Below, piece by piece: positions 42,174 to 51,091 of a stretch of 60,553 nt of DNA. The notes below the pieces were generated by a model, which was given only the letters and a program-made list of their open reading frames with translations, made no database searches and was not told the DNA's origin. The stretch covers positions 1 to 60,553 of the forward strand of contig JAQYWG010000001.1 of NCBI GenBank assembly GCA_030145085.1. Reading direction: 5' to 3'. The position numbers were made by a program, and so were the translations under genes. Every line of letters begins with the position of its first letter. Within the stretch, counting starts at the first letter, position 1. The DNA comes from Thermodesulfobacteriota bacterium. Lineage in GTDB: Bacteria > Desulfobacterota > BSN033 > WVXP01 > G020346125.

Positions 42174-44597
42174 ATGAGAATGAGGGCGAAGGGAATTGGG
42201 GCAAAAGGGAAGGGCGGCGCGGCCTTGGTGACCGCCATCATATTCGTCTTCTTCCTTACGCTTTTCGGATTGGCCTTTTACAGGCTCGGGGAGACGGATA
42301 TCGATCTGTTCGGGTACGATACGAACCTGTCAAAAGCCCTCTATGCCTCGGAGGCCGGCTTTGATAAGGTACGATGGATGATCAGGGAAAGTCACCAGAT
42401 CCCCGGGATGAATCCTTTTAGCAACGACTACGATGCCGCTGCCGAGGCCAACGCCATTTCCATCGCCAACCCCACGGAAGGGGATTTCTTTCCCGGCGTG
42501 GCGGATGAACCTTACTTCAGGGTTTCCATGATACAGGATGCCTCCAAACTAGAGCCAACGGAACCTAAGAGCAAAGTGAGGGTTCGAGTCCTGGGGTCGG
42601 TGGATGTGGACGGTGATGGAGAAGCCGGACTGACGGTGACCGAAGACGTTTTTACCTTCGATCCCGGCGACGTGAATCGAAGATTTGAGGCATATGTCGG
42701 CCTTCCGGGGACCCTGGGCGAGAGGGTTGGAGGGAAGGGTATTTCGGCAGCAGCTAGTGCGTTCTTTGCCAGCGGGGTGGAGGTTCCCCTTTCCTCGCAG
42801 CCCAGACAATTTGTGACCCCGGATGGGGATTCTATGACCGGTTTTCTCTACAGAGGGGGACCGACTGACTTCGGAATCTGGGATAAATGGGATTTCATCT
42901 TCTCGGACCCGGTTGTAACGGGCGAAGTTGAACTGCCCCGCGGAATCTTCGATACGGATGGGGATTACATCGATGATGATAACGACACAATACCGGACTA
43001 CTTTCAGGATTTGAACCTGAGAACTTATGCGGGCGATCAAACCTTCACCTCTTCCAATGACCCGACGGAAGGTGATTCCGGTCGGAGCGTTATCTACGTC
43101 AATGGAGATATCACCATCACCGGGGTTGATTTCGGGCACCTGAATGACCAGGGGGACATTAGGAACTGCGACTGGGAAGGGTATCCTCCTGAGAAGTTTG
43201 ACCTTACATTCATCGCCAATGGCGATATTACTGTGGACCGAATCGACTGCGGAAATGTGGGGAGATTGGTCCTGGTGGCCCAAAACATTTTTCTAGTGGG
43301 GAATTACGATACCAAGGTCAACGGCATTGCTATTGCCTTCAATGACATTACCCTGAATGGGCAGTATTGTGACGACGGAATCCTGACCCATCAAACCGAT
43401 TTCTCGCGGCCAGTCAGGTACACGGCCTACTTCCTGGGCAGCATGGTGGCCGGAAACCACATCGTGCTCCAGGACGACGGCTGGACCGTCATCTACGACG
43501 AGAATGTCATCAACGGCTACATGTACAGCACAACCGTTTCAAAACCCACCCTTACCTACGAGAGGGCCGAGGCAGAGGATTTTGACTCCTCCAACAACTG
43601 GCAACTGAATGAGTCAACCCCGGAATTGGCCTACACTCAGGGCATATACACCCAGGATGAGATCGACACCACGCAAGGGAATTATGCCGATGGCGGGGAG
43701 GATGAGCTCCCCGAGCTCATGAGGGTTTACACGGACCGTGACAACTGGCAGCCCAAGAACTATCCGGCAATAGGGGAAAACCTCAGGCTCGATTTTACCA
43801 CCGGTGACTTTGAAGACCCGCATATCCCGGATTCTAGCCCGCAGAATTGGGACTACTATGATACCATCACCTTCTGGATGGCGCTGGACAATTTCAAGAG
43901 GACCAGTACCGACCTCACCAAGACCACTCGCCGTGAGGCCCATTATGAAATCACATTGAGAGACTCCGGTGGGAACACAATCCCCGTCCTGTTGGATACC
44001 CTCTATCCTGATTCTGAGTGGGGAACCGTCCGATACCACCATACAGGAGAGGAGTATGCCAACGAAATCCGTGATCTGACGGATGGCGAAAAGGCCGGCG
44101 GGGAGGCTTACAGTTCCTGGAAAAGGATTAAGATCACCCCACAGAATATTGACCCTGGCATACCCTTCGATTTCAGCAGTGTGGAGCAGTTCAGTATCAA
44201 ATATCTAGATCTGGAGCTTAGTTGGACAGTTACAGGGGGCACCCGTGAGGTAAAATGGTGGGGAACATACTTCAGGTATATCTATGAGGATGGGATTAAT
44301 TGGGAGAGTATCGACGGCAAGGACAATCAGGGAAATCTCAACAACGATCCTCCAGATTCTAATGATGGTTACTACTACCTTTACAGTTATGATTCTGGTA
44401 CCGGGATATACACGTGGTTTAGGTGGATTGAAGACCCCGATTCATCCACGGAAATAAGGATGAGGGAAGAAGTGCTCATGCCGACCCTCCGGATTGACCG
44501 ACTCGAGCTTCCGGGAAAACCCGCCAGTAACAGCTACCTCGAATATGGCCTCCCTCACTCCCTGCGGCTCGAGGTTACCAACTGGCGCGAGCTGTAA
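42174..44597 (+). CDS. Large (807 aa) PilX_N-type pilus-associated protein, candidate tip or adhesin component
   Basis: N-terminus GGAALVTAIIFVFFLTLFGLAFY...ALYASEAGFD matches the PilX N-terminal pattern. Asp-rich stretches (DVDGDGEAG, DTDGDYIDDDNDTIPDY). Last gene of the pilin operon. Confidence 0.65.
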   Translation: MRMRAKGIGAKGKGGAALVTAIIFVFFLTLFGLAFYRLGETDIDLFGYDTNLSKALYASEAGFDKVRWMIRESHQIPGMNPFSNDYDAAAEANAISIANPTEGDFFPGVADEPYFRVSMIQDASKLEPTEPKSKVRVRVLGSVDVDGDGEAGLTVTEDVFTFDPGDVNRRFEAYVGLPGTLGERVGGKGISAAASAFFASGVEVPLSSQPRQFVTPDGDSMTGFLYRGGPTDFGIWDKWDFIFSDPVVTGEVELPRGIFDTDGDYIDDDNDTIPDYFQDLNLRTYAGDQTFTSSNDPTEGDSGRSVIYVNGDITITGVDFGHLNDQGDIRNCDWEGYPPEKFDLTFIANGDITVDRIDCGNVGRLVLVAQNIFLVGNYDTKVNGIAIAFNDITLNGQYCDDGILTHQTDFSRPVRYTAYFLGSMVAGNHIVLQDDGWTVIYDENVINGYMYSTTVSKPTLTYERAEAEDFDSSNNWQLNESTPELAYTQGIYTQDEIDTTQGNYADGGEDELPELMRVYTDRDNWQPKNYPAIGENLRLDFTTGDFEDPHIPDSSPQNWDYYDTITFWMALDNFKRTSTDLTKTTRREAHYEITLRDSGGNTIPVLLDTLYPDSEWGTVRYHHTGEEYANEIRDLTDGEKAGGEAYSSWKRIKITPQNIDPGIPFDFSSVEQFSIKYLDLELSWTVTGGTREVKWWGTYFRYIYEDGINWESIDGKDNQGNLNNDPPDSNDGYYYLYSYDSGTGIYTWFRWIEDPDSSTEIRMREEVLMPTLRIDRLELPGKPASNSYLEYGLPHSLRLEVTNWREL

Positions 44598-44815
44598 AGA
44601 ATAATAACTTCCCTATCATTCCCCATAGTTAGCTCTATTTTCCCCATAAAAATCTTCCAGCCTCCAGTTCGTCGTTTCCCGTCAAGTTTCCCTGCATAAC
44701 CCCTCCTCATCATAAAGGTAGTTTCACAAATTATCAATACTTTCAAATAGTTTTATTTCATTTGATGTATTTTCTATGAGATATAGGGTTTTTTCGTCTA
44801 AATCTTAATTTTTCC

Positions 44816-44844
44816 TTGACAATATGGATTTGTTCGCTTATTAT
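44816..44844 (+). promoter_or_regulatory. Near-consensus sigma-70 promoter TTGACA-N17-TATTAT in a long non-coding gap
   Basis: The -35 lies at 44816-44821 and the -10 at 44839-44844. No convincing ORF follows for about 900 nt. Confidence 0.35.
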
Positions 44845-45303
44845 TCGGGAAAAAATCTCTAATCATAACAAAAGGATAATTGTATATCGGCGGAAAACGC
44901 TTGGAATTATTGGAATAAAGGGTATTTTGAGGGAAATTCATATAAGTGTTTGATATTATAATTTTATTTTTATTACGATGACACTCGGACCCTTCATGGC
45001 TAGTGGGCCACGGGACGTTAGGAAGCTGCCTCACAATGATACCGGCGCCGAAAATAATAAAAATGCTCCGGCAGCGCGTATTTTGTTGCCGAAATCTATG
45101 GCACTGAGATTCTCTAATTTGGGAGAAGTACTCATGGCAAGCCAATCGGAGCCATGCGGAGGTTATAGCGTTCTTCGAAGATGATAAACAACGCGGCGAC
45201 GCCAAAGGGAAAAGTGGAATGGTGAGTCACTGATTTAAGAAGAAACAGAGGATGGAAATATAGGCGGTGTGAAAAATATCCCAACCTTGACGCCATTGTA
45301 AAA

Positions 45304-45514
45304 AGTCAAAATAAGAGGCAAAGAAAAAAGATCCAGATGCAAGGCGCGCAAATCCTGAGGAATGAAGCGTACAGAGAAGTACGGTGCAGTGACGAAGGAT
45401 GAAGCGGAACGCAGCCTTTCGGCTTCGCTCAAGGCCGTGAGTCCTTCGACCTTGCTCAGGACCGTGAGCTTGTCGAACGGCCTGTCGAATGGCAGATGGA
45501 CTTTTTACGAAGCC
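45304..45514 (+). repeat. Intergenic repeat family 1, copy b
   Basis: Same orientation as, and long identical stretches with, 21842-22084, ending in the shared ...gtcgaatggcagatggac-tttttacgaagcc. Confidence 0.85.
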
Positions 45515-45754
45515 TTCAACCTTAATTGTTGAAAGCGAACGATACGGTATATGAAGGGATGAAGAAATTCAGGAAAACACCATGGGAAATATTGGAAAGC
45601 CACTAAAAAAGGTCTGATAAGATATATTATGTAAACTTTTATCAAAAAATCGAAATAACCACAGATCTTCACCTGTAACATACTGGATATTCCAATAAAT
45701 ACCCTCTTCTGGGCTCCAACAAATGATGATATCCCTGGTTTTAATTTTAATGAA

Positions 45755-46189
45755 ATGAAAAAGGCCTTGAATCCCCAAAAGGGTTTTACCCTGGTGGAGT
45801 TGGTGGTGGTCATCATCATCGTAGGCATTCTAGCCAGCATTGCCGTTCCCCTGTATCTCAATTACAGCGAGACGTGTAAGGTACGAGAGGCATTGGGCAT
45901 GATCAAGGCAATCAAAACCTCACAAAAGGTTGAGCAAATGAGAACGTTGAATTTCTTCACAGCCACTGGGGATACGGCTTCAACGATTTTCCTGAAAAAG
46001 GGGGTGGACGTAAGGGAGTCCCTCTATTTTACCTACGAAACGGCAGGTGATGCCGACACGTTTACTGTCACGGCCACTGCAACTGCTGAATCGGGAATCA
46101 CGGGAACCGTCTCCTATGATAGCGCCACCAATAGCTGGTCATCTGTCGGGGATATTACGGAAAGCATGTTGCCCGAGCCATCGGAATGA
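45755..46189 (+). CDS. Type IV pilin paralog (no cysteines)
   Basis: [34 protein letters not shown]. It aligns with PilA 40514-40975 over its full length, including the C-terminal MLPEPSE versus MLPTEPSG. I saw no Shine-Dalgarno or sigma-54 promoter upstream. Confidence 0.88.
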   Translation: MKKALNPQKGFTLVELVVVIIIVGILASIAVPLYLNYSETCKVREALGMIKAIKTSQKVEQMRTLNFFTATGDTASTIFLKKGVDVRESLYFTYETAGDADTFTVTATATAESGITGTVSYDSATNSWSSVGDITESMLPEPSE

Positions 46190-46351
46190 ATAAAATTTGA
46201 TATCTCCCTATGCTTCTGTCTCTCTATGCCGTTGGAGGAAAAAGTCTCGTTACGGGGCGAATATGAAAGCCTGGCGGGAAATTGAGTAGGCAAGGGATTT
46301 ACGGGCGCTATTCGATGAAATAAGCAATATGCCCCAAAATTTCGTTCAATC

Positions 46352-46534
46352 TTATGCTTTCAACTCCTCACTATTCGATGGTTGGTTGCCTTTCTCCTCG
46401 GGAATTGCATACCGTTCATCTATCCACGATCCCAAATCGATGAGCTTACACCGTTCTGAGCAAAAAGGGCGATAGGGATTTTCCCTCCACGTCGTCTTCT
46501 TTCGACATTTTGGACAGATTACGGTTTTCCTCAT
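46352..46534 (-). CDS. yacG: DNA gyrase inhibitor YacG (zinc finger)
   Basis: CPKCRKK...[27 protein letters not shown]; 60 aa; 4-nt overlap with dnaJ. Confidence 0.85.
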   Translation of the reverse strand: MRKTVICPKCRKKTTWRENPYRPFCSERCKLIDLGSWIDERYAIPEEKGNQPSNSEELKA

Positions 46535-47625
46535 CTTCCCCTTTTCCTGAAAAACCCCTTTTTGCCCTTCCCTTCTTCGATCGCTGCAAACTCCCCCAGC
46601 AACTCCTCCTGTCTTTTGGTCAATTTAGTCGGGGTCTTCACGATAACCTGAACGATCTCATCTCCCCTCCCAAATCCCCTCATGTGATGAAAACCCTCCC
46701 CCTTTAATCGAAAGATCTGTCCACCCTGAGTACCCCTTGGGATGGTTAATTTCCTCGTCCCGTTCAAGGTCGGGACTTCGATTTCCCCTCCAATGGCAGC
46801 TTGGGAAAAGGATATGGGAATCTGGTAGGTAATATCATCTCCGTCCCTACCAAAGAATTCGTGGGGTTCTACGTGAATAATTATATAGAGGTCCCCAGGT
46901 GGACCGCCCCTCTCGCCTTCTTCTCCTTCTCCCCTCAATCTCAGCCTGGATCCCGTCTCCACCCCTGGGGGAATTTTCAGGGCGATGCTCTTCTTTTTTC
47001 TCACCTTTTTCCTGCCCCTACATTGACTACACGGCGTATGAATAACCTCTCCTTCCCCCTGACAGTGGGGACAGGTGGTGGTTATGCTGAAGAACCCTTG
47101 GGAACGAGAGACCTGACCATGCCCTCGACATGTGGGGCAAGATGAGGGAGATGTCCCGGGTTCAGCTCCGGAACCTCCGCAATGATCGCACCTCATGGAC
47201 TTGGGTATCTCAATATCTATCTCCCTCCCGAAGGCGGCGTCGAGAAAGGATACGATCACGTCGTACCTCAAGTCGGCACCGGCCCTTGCCATTGCTCTCC
47301 CCCCCCTTCGGGTGGTTCCAAATCCAAAAAAATCCTCGAAGATATCGCCGAATGTGGAGAAGATATCCTCAAATCCCCTAAAGCCGGTGAACCCTGTTCC
47401 TCTCAGTCCTTCGTGGCCGTAATGGTCGTAGATCTCCCTCTTTTGTGGATCCCTCAATACTTCGTAAGCCTCGGAGGCCTCTTTAAATTTCTCCTCCGCT
47501 TCCTTATCGCCAGGATTCCTATCCGGATGATATTCCATTGCCAATCTCCGGTAGGATCGCTTAATCTCCTCTTCACCGGCATCCCTGCCGAGGCCTAGGA
47601 TTTTGTAATAGTCTCTTTCCGCCAT
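46531..47625 (-). CDS. dnaJ: Molecular chaperone DnaJ
   Basis: J domain (DYYKILGL...[18 protein letters not shown]). G/F region. Four CxxCxGxG-type zinc motifs. Confidence 0.95.
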   Translation of the reverse strand: MAERDYYKILGLGRDAGEEEIKRSYRRLAMEYHPDRNPGDKEAEEKFKEASEAYEVLRDPQKREIYDHYGHEGLRGTGFTGFRGFEDIFSTFGDIFEDFFGFGTTRRGGRAMARAGADLRYDVIVSFLDAAFGREIDIEIPKSMRCDHCGGSGAEPGTSPSSCPTCRGHGQVSRSQGFFSITTTCPHCQGEGEVIHTPCSQCRGRKKVRKKKSIALKIPPGVETGSRLRLRGEGEEGERGGPPGDLYIIIHVEPHEFFGRDGDDITYQIPISFSQAAIGGEIEVPTLNGTRKLTIPRGTQGGQIFRLKGEGFHHMRGFGRGDEIVQVIVKTPTKLTKRQEELLGEFAAIEEGKGKKGFFRKRGR

Positions 47626-47686
47626 TTTTATTTCTTGATTTTATTCAAAGCAATGGAAATTCAAGTCATTATTATTATTCATTTAT

Positions 47687-48025
47687 TTATTTTTCGTAAT
47701 CCTCGAGAATCTTTCCTGTGCGAGCCCTGTCCACTACTTCATCGAATTTTGGTCCCAAATCAACGCCCAAATCTTTAGCACGCTTCTTGGCCCATAACCC
47801 TACGTTGCGGGAATCCTTATAGAAGGTATCATCTCGAGATTTTCTCGTGTCGAATTCCGCGAGACGGGACTCCTCCGACTGGTGATAGGAGAAGCGTGAT
47901 AACAAACGCGTCAGTTCGGTCGAGCCACACATTTTACATCGAATTCTCAATTCGTCTCCAGAACGGATGATCAGTGTGTTAAATTCTCCATCACATCTCT
48001 TGCAGCGATATTCGTAGATAGGCAT
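47687..48025 (-). CDS. FmdB-family zinc-ribbon protein
   Basis: MPIYEYRCKRCDGEF...CKMCGS, the characteristic N-terminal zinc ribbon. Confidence 0.8.
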   Translation of the reverse strand: MPIYEYRCKRCDGEFNTLIIRSGDELRIRCKMCGSTELTRLLSRFSYHQSEESRLAEFDTRKSRDDTFYKDSRNVGLWAKKRAKDLGVDLGPKFDEVVDRARTGKILEDYEK

Positions 48026-48039
48026 ATCCGCCTCAGCTC

Positions 48040-48318
48040 TTATTTCTTCTCCGAGGTCCTCCCTTCGCCAACGGATTCCTTGGGTTTTTCCCCCTTATCT
48101 TCGATGATCTCTTCATCTTGTTCTTTTTGTTCTTCTTGTTCTTCTTCAGACATGACGAAGTCTACCTTATCGGAAACATCGGGGAGCCCGTTGAGAAATT
48201 GCTCCCACTCCTTGGCGGAAATGGTCCCTGCCTTCAGGTCCCTCTGGATGGTTCTTTTGTCGAACTTCTTGCTCTCATCAATATGCATGATCGAACCCCC
48301 CGAACTGAAGGTATTCAT
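48040..48318 (-). CDS. Small hypothetical protein with acidic C-terminal tail
   Basis: 92-aa ORF. The likely start is the internal MHIDESKKFDKR at 48288. The second half is Glu-rich. Function unknown. Confidence 0.5.
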   Translation of the reverse strand: MNTFSSGGSIMHIDESKKFDKRTIQRDLKAGTISAKEWEQFLNGLPDVSDKVDFVMSEEEQEEQKEQDEEIIEDKGEKPKESVGEGRTSEKK

Positions 48319-48462
48319 ACAAAGGCTAATCTTATATTATTATCACAGTTTATTGCCATATTCAAGATCTCTGAAACTGCCCCCCAAGAGGTTGACACGG
48401 ACTATGGATCCTGAATATTATCTATTAAATTCAAGGGAACTGGTTTCGACCGGGGTAACAGT

Positions 48463-49317
48463 ATGGAAATGGATCTGATAAGCCCTACCCTCTTCTCCGT
48501 CTCCATGTACGTTTATCTCTGTACCTTTATAGTGTATCTCTTTTTCCTCGCCAACCGAAAAAGGTATATTGGGATAGCAGCCACATCCCTTATTTCGGGG
48601 GGGTTGTTCATCCACACCCTCGGCCTCATCTACCGATGGGTCGAAACCCATAAAACAGGATACGGGTATGTCCCCTTGTCGAACATGTATGAATCGCTGA
48701 TCTTCTTTTCATGGACCATTGTCCTCATATATCTCTTGCTCGAATTTCGTTTTAAACAGAGGATTATCGGGACCTTCGCCACCCTGTTTGCCTGCATGGC
48801 TATAGCCGCCTCATCCATTCTTCCCGGCAGCGATGCAACGATAAAACCGTTAATGCCGGCATTGCAGAGCAATTGGCTTGCCATCCACGTCATCACCTGC
48901 TTTTTCGGCTACGCCGCTTTTGCCGTCTCCTTCGGGGTCAGCCTTCTCTTTTTGATTCAGCATCGATGGGAGGGGATCTCCGGAGGCATTGGATGGCTGC
49001 CGAATACCAAAATGCTGGATGAAGTCAATTACCGGTCGATCGTTATTGGATTCCCCATGTTGACGGTGGGAATCATCACCGGGGCGGCTTGGGCACATTA
49101 TGCTTGGGGAAGTTACTGGAGTTGGGATCCAAAGGAAACCTGGTCCCTCATTACCTGGCTCATTTATGCGGCATTTCTCCATGCCAGGGTCACTCGGGAC
49201 TGGAGGGGAAGGAGAATGGCGATTCTATCCCTTCTCGGTTTTATCGCCGTTCTGTTTACCTACTTCGGCGTTTCATATATCCTCGCGGGCCTCCATAGTT
49301 ACGCGAGTCCATCGTAG
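48463..49317 (+). CDS. ccsA: Cytochrome c biogenesis protein CcsA/ResC (heme handling)
   Basis: Polytopic membrane protein with the WWD-type motif WAHYAWGSYWSWDPKETWSLITWLIYA and conserved His residues. Confidence 0.88.
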   Translation: MEMDLISPTLFSVSMYVYLCTFIVYLFFLANRKRYIGIAATSLISGGLFIHTLGLIYRWVETHKTGYGYVPLSNMYESLIFFSWTIVLIYLLLEFRFKQRIIGTFATLFACMAIAASSILPGSDATIKPLMPALQSNWLAIHVITCFFGYAAFAVSFGVSLLFLIQHRWEGISGGIGWLPNTKMLDEVNYRSIVIGFPMLTVGIITGAAWAHYAWGSYWSWDPKETWSLITWLIYAAFLHARVTRDWRGRRMAILSLLGFIAVLFTYFGVSYILAGLHSYASPS

Positions 49318-49337
49318 GAAAATTTTATGAAATCAAG

Positions 49338-49802
49338 CTATTGGAGGTAGATCGTGTATATCTCCTCATCAATCATCCGGACCCAATTTTTCCTCAGAAC
49401 TCGAATGGCCTCTTCCATGTTATCCACTCCCACGATGAGCACGGCGTTTTCAGATCTCGCTAAGCAGGTATAGAGGTAATGTATATTAATATTTGCCTCT
49501 TTGAGGGGCTTCAGGACGGCATTGAGTCCCCCGGGGTGATGCGGGGCTTCTACGGCTAATACCTCCGTTATCTTGACGGAATAACCACGGCTTTTTAACA
49601 CATTGGCCGCTTTCTCGTAATCATTGGCCACAAATCGAACGGCGCTGATATCCGCAGTATCGGCTACACTGAGGGCGATAATACTGATGCCATTTTCCCC
49701 TAGGTATTCGATCACTTTCGAAAATTTCCCCGGAACATTTTCCACGCTGATGGAAATCTGTTTTACGGACATCCCTTCCTCCTGTTCCAATTGATCCTTC
49801 AA
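49338..49802 (-). CDS. Tandem ACT-domain protein
   Basis: Two ACT-like units of about 70 aa (ISISVENVPGKFSKVIEYLGENGISI, VEAPHHPGGLNAVLKPLKEANINI). 4-nt overlap with the upstream oxidoreductase gamma gene. Confidence 0.72.
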   Translation of the reverse strand: MKDQLEQEEGMSVKQISISVENVPGKFSKVIEYLGENGISIIALSVADTADISAVRFVANDYEKAANVLKSRGYSVKITEVLAVEAPHHPGGLNAVLKPLKEANINIHYLYTCLARSENAVLIVGVDNMEEAIRVLRKNWVRMIDEEIYTIYLQ

Positions 49803-50332
49803 TCGTAGTTGTGGCCTTCCATAAAGGCCTTTTTGTTCAAGGTGACCATTGTTTTTCCCCTTGGGGAGAATGTGTCTTCCAATGTCTTTTCTACGGCCTC
49901 CCGTGAAACGAGCCCTGTCTTCTTGATGAAGAATCCCAACATAACCATGTTCATAACCCTCTCATTACCCAACTCCTTAGCTATGTCATTGGCTGGAATT
50001 TCGAAAAGTTCGATATCACCACGAATGGGTCGAGCATCGATCATGGTTGCATTTAAAAAGATGATGCCGCCGGATTGGACTACGTTCTGAAATCGCAATA
50101 GGGATGGATTATTCATGACCACTACGAATTCAGGAGATGAGGCAACGGGCGAAGCGATCTCCTCATCCGAGATGACTATCGTGCAGTTGGCAGTGCCACC
50201 CCTTACTTCGGCGCCGTATGATGGGAGATATGTCACATTTCTCCCATCCGACATCGCCGCATAGGCAAAGATATATCCCATTGACAGTACGCCCTGCCCC
50301 CCAAATCCCGAAAAGATCGTATTGATCAGCAT
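49799..50332 (-). CDS. 2-oxoacid:ferredoxin oxidoreductase, gamma subunit
   Basis: IFSGFGGQGVLSMGYIFAYAA...TYLPSYGAEVRGG motif; 177 aa. Confidence 0.87.
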   Translation of the reverse strand: MLINTIFSGFGGQGVLSMGYIFAYAAMSDGRNVTYLPSYGAEVRGGTANCTIVISDEEIASPVASSPEFVVVMNNPSLLRFQNVVQSGGIIFLNATMIDARPIRGDIELFEIPANDIAKELGNERVMNMVMLGFFIKKTGLVSREAVEKTLEDTFSPRGKTMVTLNKKAFMEGHNYD

Positions 50333-51081
50333 CCCTGGCCCCTTTTCGTTACATCCTTGATCACGCCCAAGGGGTAGTACTGGATGATCTCCTTTTCAAT
50401 CCATTGACATGCCTCATGGGAACTCATCCTCCAATTGGTGGGGCATGGAGATACTATTTCAATGAGGGAAAATCCAAGGCCATCCATTTGAACTTTGAAG
50501 CCTTTGGCAATGGCCTTCTTTGTTTTCCTGATATTGACAGGACTGTTTACCGCCGTTCTTTCGATATAAGCACTTCCATCGGTTAATGCCAGCATTTCGC
50601 TCAACCGAATGGGGTAACCATCCCGAAGTCCTTCTCTTCCTCCAGGAGAAGTCGTTGTATTTTGCCCCAACAATGTGGTTGGAGCCATCTGACCCCCTGT
50701 CATGCCGTAGCAAGCGTTATTGATGAAGAGGGCGGTGATGTTCTCACCCCTATTAGCGGTGTGGATCGTTTCGGCGGTTCCAATAGCGGCGATATCACCA
50801 TCCCCCTGGTACGTGAATACCAATCTGTCGGGAAGCGCCCTTTTAAGACCCGTTGCCAGGGCGGTTCCCCTCCCATGGGGCGATTCTCCCATATCGAAAT
50901 CGAAGTAGAAGTAGGCGAGGACCGCACATCCCGCAGGGGGGACTCCGATGGTGATCTCCCTCAACCCCATCTCATCGATGACTTCGGCCACCAAGCGGTG
51001 AATGATACTATGGCCGCATCCGGGACAGTAATGGAATGGGACCTTTCTTAAACTCCTCGGCCTGGAAAAAACCTTCTTCAT
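50326..51081 (-). CDS. 2-oxoacid:ferredoxin oxidoreductase, beta (TPP-binding) subunit
   Basis: YCPGCGH, GDGD...IG, NNACYGMTGGQ. The start was trimmed to MKKVFSRP (51081) because the ORF-track extension overlaps the alpha subunit. Confidence 0.88.
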   Translation of the reverse strand: MKKVFSRPRSLRKVPFHYCPGCGHSIIHRLVAEVIDEMGLREITIGVPPAGCAVLAYFYFDFDMGESPHGRGTALATGLKRALPDRLVFTYQGDGDIAAIGTAETIHTANRGENITALFINNACYGMTGGQMAPTTLLGQNTTTSPGGREGLRDGYPIRLSEMLALTDGSAYIERTAVNSPVNIRKTKKAIAKGFKVQMDGLGFSLIEIVSPCPTNWRMSSHEACQWIEKEIIQYYPLGVIKDVTKRGQGC

Positions 51082-51091
51082 AACCCCGCGC

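Noticed and set aside
42549-43283. 244-aa minus-strand ORF
   Set aside because: It is antisense to the PilX_N-type gene, with no ribosome-binding site and non-protein-like composition.
45099-45114. TGGCAC-N5-TTCTC, a possible sigma-54 promoter for pilin 2
   Set aside because: The -12 GC dinucleotide is missing and the site lies 650 nt from the gene.
44798-45205. 135-aa minus-strand and 68-aa plus-strand ORFs in the long gap
   Set aside because: They have no Shine-Dalgarno, odd composition (Cys/Arg/Asn-rich) and AT-rich low-complexity parts. I treat the region as non-coding, noted in the findings as unexplained.
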